A model generated the notes under the pieces. That model was given only the letters and a program-made list of their open reading frames with translations, was not told where the DNA came from and ran no database searches. This document shows positions 10,715 to 22,900 of a DNA stretch of 45,880 nucleotides, piece after piece; position 1 is the first letter of the stretch, and the number at the start of each line of letters is the position of its first letter. Source of the DNA: Gonapodya sp. JEL0774 (lineage: Eukaryota); NCBI GenBank assembly GCA_027604505.1, contig JADIIX010000158.1, positions 1 to 45,880 on the forward strand. The letters run 5' to 3'. The translations under genes were made by a program, and so were the position numbers.

Positions 10715-13700
10715 ATGCCCACCACAATTCACGAGTTCGTTTTTGAGCCAAAGGGTCATGGTCTTCCCGCCGAAGTTGCCCTGACTGGAACGTTTGACGG
10801 GTGGCAGAGGTCGTTACCAATGGAAAAGATCCTTGATGACCGGAGGGGCGTCATTTTCAGAACCGAGGTACCGGTGCCAGTAGGTGGGAGGCTCGAGGTG
10901 AGGTCATCAGCGATTGTGTGTAACGTTGCTCAAAGTTACAGAAAATGGCTTAACGAACGTCTGACTCCGTTTCTGCCAGTACAAGTACATCGTCGATGGC
11001 ATCTGTATGTTTTTTGAGAATTGAACGGACTAAGCTCCCCCATCCTCATGTGTCTGGTTGTCATGCTGTCACGGAAACTTAGGGACGGTCGATTACTCCA
11101 AACCACTCGTTCCTTCACGTAAGACCTTTTGGACTTAATAGATCATTCCCATGAAGCGGTTTTACTTTGTCGACTTTTTCGTGACTTCTTTTCAGCATTT
11201 GGATCGTTCAACAACCTCCTTGAAACGCCGTTTACTGCACGCCGTTCCTCCCCTACACGCTCTCCACTCACGTTCTCTCATACGCTTATATTCGCACCTC
11301 CATTCGACGCATCAGCTGTTATCGTCACTGGCTGGTTTGACTTATGGAGTGAAACGGTGAAGATGGAGAAAAGGGTATTCGCGGATCGGGGACCCGTGTT
11401 TTTCAAGAAAGTAGAGCTCCCGTGGGGCAAAAGGATTGAGGTGAGCCACGCCAAGCACATTCTTATCTTAGCGGACTTAACGAACGTGGAGTTGATTGCG
11501 CCATCGCGCTGTCGATTAATCCATGCAGTACAAATTCATCGCCGATGGACAGTGTGAGTATTAAAGGGACAAATACCAATTTCAGCTGCCTGGGAGCCTA
11601 TCTTAAATCTGAGCTATGTCGGTCTGATCCCATCCATTAATCTCACAGGGCTTTGTGATCCGACAATGCCAATCTGTACTGATCGTACGTGCATCTTGGC
11701 GAGCTGCAAATATGAAGCATGCCTTTCTCATCGCCCTGTATCCATTTTACTTTTGATTATCCCTCACTGCTCACCACCAGCCCTTTCTAATCGAAATAAC
11801 TACCTCTTCACACCACATTCCCCGTCCTCACCTCTTGATCCTGTTTACCTCCCGCCACCTGCTACCACCGCTCTCATTACAACTGATGTTGAACCAGAGC
11901 CAGTTGTCACAGTCACCCGCCGTGGGTCCACTGTCACCTACCCTCACGACGGACGAACAGAGGAAGTGTTTGAAGAACTGGATCCGCCACCACCGGTCAG
12001 CGACCCATCCCCTGTCTCATTTGTGGGAGCTTACGATGCAGCCCCAGTACCGCCAGCACCTCTTCCAACAAAGCCACTTGTTCGTAAACCTTCTGGGGCA
12101 ACTTACCCTCACGATGGTCGGACAGTTACAGTGTACGAAGATGATTCTGCGACTACTCGTTCTCCCAGGATCCTCTCGGACCGCAACATTGTTCCTCCGA
12201 TGGTCGTGCCATCAAAACCGCCGCTGACTAAGTCTCTTGTCCGTCAAGATTCCACTGTGACGTACCCGCACGATGGCCGTACAGTAGAGTTTTTTGAGGA
12301 CGTCCCAGCACACCTTGATCCCAGTGTTTCTGCCAGAACTCGTGCAGAGATTATTCCGCCATTACATGACTTCAGCTACTCCACGGCGCATGATGCTGCT
12401 GATGCCGAGGACCCGAAGTCAGAACATATGTACAAGAGAGTTCCTACTGGACACCGTGTTGTAGCTGGCTCCCCCATCCGTCCAGCAACCCAGCTCGTCA
12501 GCAGTCCGCACGATGAGCTCATGGGACCGGCAGGACATATTGAATACATGGTGGCTGGTACTCGGCCGAAGACACCACCACTCTCAGGTAGTGAATTGCG
12601 GGAAAGTAAAGCTGTTCCAGTCAAGCTCGATGAAGCGAAGCCCGCTGTTGGACAGACGGTGGCGCTTGGTAGGGGCCGGACTCACAGTCGTAAGTTTAGG
12701 ACCGGGAAGCCGATGGAAGGAGCCACAGTGGCTGGGCAGTCTCGAGGATATTTTGCGTCTGGCAAGAGCTCTGGCCCCACGGACTATTCGTTGAGACAGC
12801 ACATAGAGCAGGATCGGAATCCTGCTGTTGCCGGTGCTAGGATTGCATATTCTCAGGAAGGGACACATCCCACCCCGCACGGAAAAGATGCACGTAGCCT
12901 GACGCAGTACCCAGGACGCGAACACCAACAACCAGCTCGTTTCACTTCAAGTAGTCCCATAAGTAGTGTCCATCCCTACCAATCTTCTGGGGAGCACTAC
13001 ACTACCCCTGTACCGCATTCGTCACCGCTACCGCAACTCACCCGCACAAACTCATTGCCAACTTACCCTGTGGACTCACACGACTTTTCAGCCATGCCTC
13101 GAGGTCGTCGCACTTCAGATCCTGCGCCATCGTATCACGAAAACGATATTTTGGCGCCCAGGGATGGTATTGAATACGTGGTAGTTGGGGAGGGGGCCTG
13201 GTCACCTATTGCAAGTTCCGCAGACGGTCAATCTTCGGAGCAAAAGCGACGGTTCGCAGCACGGGAGGATGGAGCGAACGGGAGAAAGATATGGGCCATG
13301 CGGGATGAGTGGAAGACTCAACCGCAGTTCTTGGAAAGCTCTGGTCCGCGGAATGCTCTCACCGCACAGCAAGCTCCACCATCTATTCCCTCGAAACCAG
13401 CCTACTTGCGATCGAACAGTACTGACTTTTCACGAGAGTGGATCTCGCCGGCACCTCCCAGACTCCCCGGCGGTGACACGTCTCCAGCAACAAGGGTCAT
13501 TGTGGCTCCCGGACCAACCATTCCGGCTAGCTTGGCCGCTTTCGACTCACCGGTGTCGTTGAAAAATGGCGAATATGCTCAGAATGTGGAACCTAAGTTG
13601 AAAGGCGAACATTCTGCGGTATCTGTTGGTGGACTGAACCAGGCTTCTCTTCAAGTATTGGAGGAAGACACTGACCCGCACAGTGTATCTCACGTATCTC

Positions 13701-16633
13701 AAATTGGTAGATTTTCAGAGCAATCCCCGTTTTCGTATCTCGGGAGCACTTCAACAGCTGCGCCTCCGATAGAGCACTCTCAATACTTGGGATCTGAACC
13801 ACTTGTCCGACCGAATTTGCCTTTCAGCAGTACATCAACAAATCCATTTACAGAAGAGCAGCCTAATCTTCAGGCTCCGATCAATGTTCCAAGCTCCTCT
13901 GAGGCCTCTAAAGCGGACCAGTCTCCTTCCGGCAAACTTGCACAACCATCTAGGGAGAAGCACAGTGCCACCATATTCACTCCAGATGGCCCTTATTCTT
14001 TGGCAGTACAGGACAGTCATGAAGATTTGCCGATTCTTGCTACGCACACACCGAGTGACGGCTTGTTGTCAAAACCACAGCTGGAGAGTGCAACAACGCT
14101 GGGAAGCTTTTCCGTACCCGCGTCACAGGCTGCAGATCGCTGGTCGCCGGCTCCCAGCGTGAATGGTTCATGGAAAGGAACACAAGTGAAGGGGAGTGAA
14201 ACCAAAGCCGGACTTGACGTGGGTCAATCCGATGCCAACGGTGCACCGACGTACCCTGCCAAGTACTTGGAGTCTGCTCTCGATGACCCAGAGAGTTCTG
14301 CAGAGGCACCGGTAGAAGAAGGTCGTCTTGAAGTAGTGAAGAGTCCTCCCCTTGTTGGCTATTCGGACTTGACGATTGAGCCTTACCCATCCGATATCGC
14401 CAGCCTGTCTGGTCTTGGAAGTAAGGTCTCTGCGTCCGATGAACCGATGTTAATCGAGCACGCGAGTGGCTCTCAAGAGGGACCTGTAGTTGGGCCACCT
14501 TCAGTGAGTTCAAAGTGTACCAATAATCAATGCGTCTTTCCTCCCGCATCATAAAATCTCGTACCACAGATTTCTACTCAATCTCCCATTATTCTGACGC
14601 AGATTGAAAGCACCCCGCCCTCTGCACAGAAGGATACCCACCCAGGAGGCCCACGTTCTGCATCTCCATCTCGGAACAAGAAATTCGACTACACGCTCAC
14701 AGAATTTGGCTTCAGGGCCAACTCGGAGCCAGAGGTCGCGGGCGTTCGGTCCCACGTGTCAACTCCATCGAAGAGCCGGGCGTCACCAGACGGTTCTAGA
14801 TCACCGACCGCTCTACAGGCCCCACCACCGCAAGGGCAGTTGGCACCCATGGTACCTCCCATGCGTACTTCGTCCCGCCACATTGGTGCACCCCGAAACG
14901 ACGAGTCTGCCGTTTTACCACCTCAGCCGCCCGAGAAACTCTCGACCCGGAGCCGTCCGCTTCCGGACAAGCCACTTCCACGGTCACCCTCGCCGCCCAA
15001 ACCCCAATCTTCCCCCCAGAGCTCATCCGCCCAAACTCTTGTCGGGCATAATGCCGGTCACGCAAAACAACCCTCGACGAGTACCGTGGACGACTCCTAC
15101 CACCCGCCCGAACCTCTGGCCCTCGCGGTGAAGTTCCACGACGCGATCGCCAAGCACGACCACGTCAAGGCCGTTCAAATCATCACGAGCGTGACACCCG
15201 ACCAAGTCCCCCGGATGGCGCAGTCTTTCGCGAGCTCGTATCGGGCGACCCCCGCTGTGTTTGTGCGGCCCCCAAGAGTGCCGACCGGGCCATTCGCAAA
15301 GGTGCTCGAGGCCCTGACGTACGATGCGGTGGAGTATGAGGTCAGGCAGTTGCATGATGCGTGTGGGTACTGGGTGACGTGGATGGTCGTGTTTGTCGGG
15401 GAGGGCTGTGCCGGTACTGACGTGAACTCTCGGATTTTGACCGAAAAGTGTACGCTCATTGGGGTGTGGACAAGGAAACATTGATCGATGTGAGAAAGCC
15501 GTCACCTTTTCGAATCAAATGTAAAAATCACCACCCGCGCCGTCTCTTTTCTGGGCCCTCGACGATCGCTCGCCTATCAGATCCTCGTGGGCCGCTCCAA
15601 CCAAGAGATTCAAGCGATGAAGCAATTGTACCAGCGACTGTACAAGAAAGACCTGGCGGTGAAAGTGTTGAAGGAGGTCGGACCGGACTTGTCGCATCTG
15701 TTCGCGAGGGTGGTCAAGGTGGGTGTGTTGTCCGGTTGGGGGGATCGGTATGTTGTTGGTACCCTCTAGACTGAACGAGAATGGCACCCGGCTCACACGT
15801 TCAGGCTTCGCGGGTGGAGGTTGGATCTTTTGATGTGGGCAAGGATGTGGAAGCACTTTACCAAGCTGGGGAAGCCAAATGGGGGACGAACGAATCTGTC
15901 TTCATCGACATACTCACGACGAGGTGTGTTTGACATGACCACTGCTCTGCGCAGGGAAATTGTCCGCTACAATTTGCACACGCTTCTGTGACGCTGTACG
16001 CTCATCTTTGTTCGCCGACCCTGTAGACCCCTCTCCCATCTCAAGCAGGTGGCGGATGCGTACTTGAGGCTGTACGGGCACACTCTGTCTCAGGTTGTGG
16101 ACAGTGAGTTTGGGACCCTGGCCAGTGGCACCAACCTTAACGCGGCTATGAGACTGCTGGTGAAATCGGCTACCGAAGAGCAGTCGGAGGTGCTCGCTGG
16201 TGGGTGTCCGAACATCGTGATAGAGACTCTTTTTTTTTTTTTTTTGAATTATGGGTAAACCGTTCCGGCTGGATTTCGGTCTCCACATTGCCGATCCAGA
16301 CCGCTTTTATGAGTCGATGAAGGGACTTGGACATCGTGAGTCCAAACTCATCCGGCTCTGTGTCGTTTACCGAGCCCCGCAACCCATCATGAAAAACATC
16401 ACGTCGAGTTTCTACCATCGGTGGGTACGGTGCATGCTGGTGCCCTTTTCTTTCCCCCGTCGCAGCAGTAAACGTATCCACGGGTAACGACCGGCGGTTT
16501 TGTGTGACATAGGTACAAGAAAACACTTGCATCCTGGATCGAAGAAGAGACGTCTGGGGACTACAGGATCGCGTTGCATGCGTGTATTGGTTACACGCCA
16601 GGGGTTGTCAGAGTGCCTGGCGCACTGGTGTAA
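10715..16633 (+). CDS. Large fusion protein: two CBM48/AMPK-beta-like glycogen-binding modules, a long Pro/Ser-rich linker with TYPHDGRT repeats, and a C-terminal annexin core
   Basis: CBM copy 1 VALTGTFDGWQ...E|YKYIVDGI|W...NN; copy 2 VIVTGWFDLWS...E|YKFIADGQ|W...NN. A phase-0 intron at 14504-14602 links the linker exon to the annexin part: LHDALYAHWGVDKETLIDILVGRSNQEI, DVEALYQAGEAKWGTNESVFIDILTTR, FYESMKGLGHRESKLIR and YKKTLASWIEEETSGDYRIAL. Stop at 16631-16633. Confidence 0.8.
11918..12301 (+). repeat. Three intragenic peptide repeats R-x-x-S-x-x-TYPHDGRT-x-x-(V/F)-(F/Y)-E-(E/D)
   Basis: RRGSTVTYPHDGRTEEVFEE, RKPSGATYPHDGRTVTVYED and RQDSTVTYPHDGRTVEFFED in ORF 11666-14554. Confidence 0.9.
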
Positions 16634-16982
16634 AAGTCGAGATCGTTTGCAATCTCCCATTGGTTATTGTGTTTTGTGGAGGGATAGGGACTCTGCTAAT
16701 ACTCAAAAATTGCATGACAATTTATTATGTCGACATTGATTAGAGAAAATATACAGGCAAATGAGAAATAACGAGTTGCGTTGTATATCCAGTTTGTAGA
16801 AACCAATTAAATATGAGGAATTTATTTGAAAGGGGTGAAGTGGGGAGAGGAGCAAGCAAGGGTATGGCTGTGGCCTGTGCACTCACCCCATCCCCCCAAA
16901 GAGCGACTCGACTCCCTCTGATTGTCAGCAACGACACAACGGATGAACATCAACCCCGCATCCTGCAAATAGTTGACATTAT

Positions 16983-19900
16983 ATGGCTCTGTTCACTGAA
17001 AAGACGGCGCCCTTGGATTGGGACCGCGTGCTGGCGCTCGATGTGACCGTCGTCGAGGAGGTGGGTGGGACCGGTGGTTAGAGCGAGGGCATATTACTTT
17101 TGTCATCCGTATCCCCGCGGAGTGAGAGAAACTCATATCCTCCGTCTCCTTTGGCCCCACCCACCTGCACGAATCGACATCCCACGGAACAACCGTCTAC
17201 CGGGTACTCGTTTGGTCCTGCATTCTTTCCGGGTTTCCGCGTACACGTTGATCCGACCTGAAAAAGCACACCGACATCGAATCTGCGGGCGCTTCTCTCG
17301 AACACGTCTACGATGCCCTGTGCTCCGCGTCCGTGAGAGCAGACGACCCCCGCGCGACCACGGAGAATCTACTACGACTCGTTCGTGTTGCCCAGTGCGT
17401 CATGGAGTAGGTATTGAAACATTTCGCACTGTGCAGGGGAACAGGTGTACGTACCGCCGGGGAAGCCATCATGCCCTGGACGTTTGTCCAGTACGGAAAT
17501 GAATGAAAAGGGGTTGATCAATGCGGGTGGATCGAAACGGAACCCCCGAAACGTGTCCGTTTGGAATCCCAGACCGGGTCACGTCGTCAAAATAATGAAA
17601 GGTTCAGAACCAGGCCCAGAGTCCTGCTGCCAGGAATCTCTCCACTTGCCATCCATCCAATCCCCCTCGGTGCTTATCATCCAGCTCACGTATCGCGTGG
17701 CAAACCCCACCCCTTTTCTCACCAGATACAAACACGCCCTCTACAAAGACACGGACGCCGAAGCAGAGCGCCTCGACCTCGAAGTCCAACGCCTCGAAGC
17801 CGCCGGCGCCGGAGTCGACCCTTCCTTCCGCGCCCTCCGCGACGAAGCCGCGTCTCTCGACCGCCGCCTCCGAGACTCTGAGACTCGCGTCGCCCGAGCC
17901 GAACGCGCCCTCGAACAAGAAAAAGCCCGCGTCGACGCCGCACAGCTTGAGGCCCAGGCCGAACGGTCCCGCGCCGCCGCGCTCGCTCAGCAGGTGGAGA
18001 GGGCCACCGCCGAGGCCAGGGAAGCGGCGGCGCAAGCCGCGGCGCACAAGGAAGCCGCGTCCCGTGCCCGGTCGGAAGAGACGGACGTGCGGATGGGCAT
18101 ACGGGAGAAGAACGCCGAGGTGAACCGGCTGCTCAACGAGGTGAACGTGCTGGCGGCCAGGAACGGGCAGCTTGAGGTGGAGGTGGAAACGATGGAGCAG
18201 GAGCTCGAAGCGGCGGTCGGGGAGCTCGAGAGGTGAGAGGAGTCCGGGCTCCTTCGACACCGGGCAGACCAGTATCTCACCGATTTCTGCATCGCACCGC
18301 ACACCACACCACACCACACCAAAATCAAAAGCAAAACCCGTGACCAGCAAGACACCCACGCGGCCCTCCTCGCCAGCGACGCTGCTGTGGATTCCCTGCG
18401 GGCCGAGCGTGACGCGTACAAGGCGCGCGCGGAGGAGCTCGAAGGGTTGACGAGGGAGAAGGGCCTCAGGGTGGAGACCGAGCTCGAGGAGATTGGGGGG
18501 GAGCTCTTGGAGTATAAGGTAGGTTGGGGTGGCGGAGGCCCGTGGGTGGAGGTTGTTGGTGGGCGGTGGTTGTACCTACCCGGGTTCCCGTGTTGGGGGA
18601 TCGCAAGAACGTCGTGATGCTGTGATGGCTACCACCACAGGTGTTGGAGTTATGAACTCCTGGGCGGACCCATGCCGTGTGATGTTTCCCTCGCCTGACG
18701 TACTGTACCCCATATCGAACCCCCACGTGCCACCACCCACAGCACAAAGTGTCCGCCTCCCGCCTCGAGCTCTCCAACCGAGAAACTCGCATAACCGCCC
18801 TCCAGTCCGAAATCGCCGACTTGCGGAGTCAGCTCGAAGGCAAGGAGTGGGAACGGCTGCAAAAGGATGTCACGGAGAGAGGTGAGACGTCGGGACCCGT
18901 CACGTGACACGTGGGTCGTGATCCGCGAGGTGTGGCTGACGTGCAAACGCATTTATCTTCTGGACCACAGAGGAAACGATAAAGAAATTACAGGCGCAGT
19001 TGGAAGAGGCGTACAAGGACTTTGAGACTCTTGCGATGGACTGGGAGCACGTGGAGGGGAAGCTGAAGGAAACGGTGAGGCTCCAGCTCTCTTGCGGTTT
19101 CTTGTCGCCACGTGTGAGTATAAATAACCGTGTCTCCCCTGTCAAATTTTGCCTTTACAGGAAGAACGTCTCTCCGCAACTTCCCCCGACCGATCTGCCC
19201 TGCATCTCCGCGCCGCGACCAAACTCCGGGAGCGCGTCAAACTTCTCCAACAACGCCGCCGAGCCGACACGTCTCGCATCGCGGACCTCGAGGAGCGGCT
19301 CACCTCCCTCGAGTCTGAACTCGCCCAGTCCCGCGCGAGGTGCGACATGCTCGAGTCGGGAACGTACGGGTTGGAAGATGCCCGGGCCGAGATTCGGGAC
19401 CTCGAGGTGCAACGATCGTTCCGCGACAAGGACATCGCGCGACTCTCGGCGGAGGCCAACGCGTATCGGACAAAGGCGGAAGACCTTGCGGAGGAGTGTG
19501 ACGTGCTACGAGGCCGGTTGGGGATGCCCGAGGTGGACAAATCTCTGACCGACGGTTCCCGTATGAGGCACTACGCTGAGTTGGAGGAGCTTCGCACGGT
19601 CAACGTCACACTGAGGAAGGAGATCGATGCTTTGGAGGAAGAACGGCTCAAACTCAAGTCGGAACTCAGATTGAGGGCTGTTGAGGTGGCGGGTCGGGCG
19701 GCTGAGGTTGGGCTCAGCGGTGAGGAAATGATGAAGGTGGAGGAGTACGCTGAGGCTTTGCGTATCGGAGGTGCTAGGAGCTCGTCGATCGGTAACGTGT
19801 TCTCGCCCATGTTCGTTGTCGGAATGCTGTTTGTCATAATTATGCTGTCTGTCTTTTGTTCGCAGCCATGACGACGGTATCTACCGCACAAGAGCATCGC

Positions 19901-22900
19901 CCTCAGATACAAAATCATCAACTTGACCGTCTTGCCTACCAGCTCGAGCGAGCTGCACTGGATCTCCAGGAAGAACGTAGTGCTCGACAAGTTGCGGAGA
20001 AGAGTTTGTTCCTTCTCAGGGAAGAACATCGGCTGGCAACGGAGGCGCTCAAGGCACTCGGGAAGACCGTCGTCGAAGCCAAAAGTCACGTGACGGATGA
20101 AACCGACGTGGTCGAGCGACTTGTGGCAGTACTGGAAAGGCACCAATTGCAAACAGAAGTAGCCGCTGTCTCAGATAATGCGAGCACAAACGTTAGTACT
20201 ACTGCAGTTGAAGAACTTCTCAGAGTGAATCGCGCTCTGAGGGAGGAAATCCGTCAACTCAAAGAATTCGTTGACGAGGCGAGGAGATCTGAGAAGCAGG
20301 CAGAAGAAAAACTGATGGAAGCCATGAAGGCCACCGATGTAGCGCGGTTAGAGGCCAAAAGGCCACGGAAGAAGGTTTCCGAAATGCCCGGTGAGTGTCA
20401 TGAGCCGCCGCTCCTCCCAGATTATAATGGAATTTCAGTTCTCAAGGTTGTTGACTGATATGTCATTTTTCGGAACTTAGTGGAATTATCCGTAGGAGGT
20501 TTGCACGATATTGCTGAACTAGTGGAGCAGTTGATCAAAGCACTGTCACTCCTTGAGAGCCGTGATAGAGATTTATGGGATCTGAAACCCGCATTGGATG
20601 ACTACTTTGAGCACCTCAAAGCACTGTGCTATCAAAATAGTGCACTTTACAGAGATTTCCACGGGAAACAGACAGAGTGGGAAGAGAAGCAACGGGACCT
20701 CACTCAGAAGCTCGCAGAAACGAAGAATCAATTATCCGATTGCCAGAGCAAATGCGCAGAGTTCGAGCGATGCGTTGAAAACAGTACTCAGGGAGATTCA
20801 GGAGAAACGAAGAAGTTGCTTTCGGATCTTTCGCGAAGGAATGCAGTTCTCTTTGTGAGTGAGCGCGCAATGACCCGCAAGTGCAAAGCCCTTGAATCAG
20901 AACTGGAATGTGTGTCCATTGAGCGGCTGAGAATGCGCGATGACATGTCGAGACTCGATCTCTGCGCACGGGAGACGGTTGGTCGGCTGGAAAGGGAGAA
21001 ACGACAAGCGGTTCTTAGATTGAAAGCATTGGAGGAAGCTCTGAAAGGCGAGCAGCTGTGTTCACTATTGAATTCTATTTTTGAACCTAACAATTGAGTT
21101 CCTAACTCACTTGCTTCGTGTAGATTCCGTTCCCAGATCGGACTTGTTGGCTGTGCAGCTGAAACTTGACTCTCAAAACCAGCAATACAAAGAGTTGTTG
21201 GAGCGTGAGACACACTGGGTGGCCGCACAGAGTCGAATGGCAGCAGCAGAAATTGATGTGGACGAAGCAATACTCCTTAAATCGAGATTGGTTCAAGCTG
21301 AACGTGATCGTAAGGAGGCGGAGCAGCGGTTGGTCAATCTGACAACTGAAGTGCAGCTTTTGCCGGTAGGCGGAACTTACCATGATAGTTTTTGCTTCTT
21401 TGCTGATTCGGTTTTCATCACTGGGAGAAGAGGGACCCACAAGTTCTGGGCTCTTCGGAACTCGTCAAGCAGGTGGCAGTCCTGTCAGCGAAGTTGGAGA
21501 ATGCTGAAAGTAGTGCTGTGCTCGCAGAAAGAAACGCAGATAACTGTCGAGACGCAGAGAAGAGGGTACATGTTGAAATTACCGTGAATCAATATCCTCT
21601 CTGATTGCCTGAATTTTGTTTCCAGATCCGGGAACGGCTTCAAGAGGTTGAGGATAAGATTGTACAAATTTCAGAGGAGAAGACGAGTCTGGATAGTGTA
21701 GTACGCAATCTGAAATTCGAAATGCAAGTGAGTGCGGTTTCGACGAGTTTGATAGACAAAGCAGGAAGTTCATTCCCCGATTTTCAAGATCCGTGTCACA
21801 AAAGATCAGTACGACCGAACGAATACTGCTCTCTCAGCTGCGCTGGAGAGGATTGCAGAACTGGAGTTGGACGTTGCTAAATGTGAGCCAATTGCGGCTC
21901 TCTCAACTCGAGCTTCTCACTAAACTGCAGGAGGCTAGACAAAACCTCAGCTGACATTGCAGCAGCACAAACGACTGACTACAAGCATTTTCACTCAGTG
22001 GACCTTTCGGAAAGGGAACATCTCCGTGCCGCAATTCGCGAACTTCAGATGGAAGGCGATGATAAGTTGACAATCGGCAAGCTGTATAATCAAATATGTA
22101 GTCTGCAAATATCGGAATCAGAGTCACGAAAGAAGCTCAAGGAAACTGATGACGCCTGCGTGAAACTACAAAGACGACTTATTGAGGTACAGCTATAGGT
22201 CAGACCCAAGTTTGGTCACATTAACTTGAATCGGCTTAATTGGCAGGGGGTATCGCAACTTGAAAGCCAGGACAACACGATATTCGAGCTAAAATCGCGT
22301 TTGAACGAACGCTGTCGTGAACTCCGCCAGGTTCGAGATCATTATCGCCTTGAATTGGAATGTGCAGTTTCAATGGAGCAACATGCGGTTGGTGTTGTTT
22401 GCAATTTATTTACGTTTTGGTACTCTTCGGGGAAATTGGAACTATTCTGATACTCTGCTCTGCACCATGGGTCAGAAAACATGCGCACTTCTTAGGACAT
22501 CAATAGAACTCAAACAGAAAGCCCTGGACGATCTAAAGGTGGTGCAGCAAAATCTTCATGCAGCCTCCAGTGAGTTACCGCTGGCTCATTGTAGAACCGT
22601 TTGAAGCAATGGTCTCCACGCCACATGCGCAGACGAGGTTGCGACATTGTCGCTCGAGCTTCGGTTGAAGGAAGATCTTCTATCATCACTTCAATCCTCG
22701 CCAGACAAGCAAAAGATAGCAAGCTGGCACAAGAAGTTGGTGGAAACTACTCTGGCAAACCTTCGACAGCAACATGAGCTCAAACAGCTTCAAGACCTAC
22801 ACGAAGGCCTCCAGAAAGAGCTTTTGAATGCTAAAAAGAATATCTGCACGCTTGAGGAACTTGCTGCAAGTCGACAGGTGATCATGTTATGTTGCGCGTC

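Noticed and set aside
15360..15490. Apparent frameshift in the annexin region
   Set aside because: Resolved by a phase-1 gtgggt donor and the AAG acceptor at 15448, giving LHDALYAHWGVDKETLID.
17604..19540. Long antisense ORFs opposite CEP290, and similar ones opposite other genes
   Set aside because: These are shadow frames of GC-rich coding sequence with no independent motifs.
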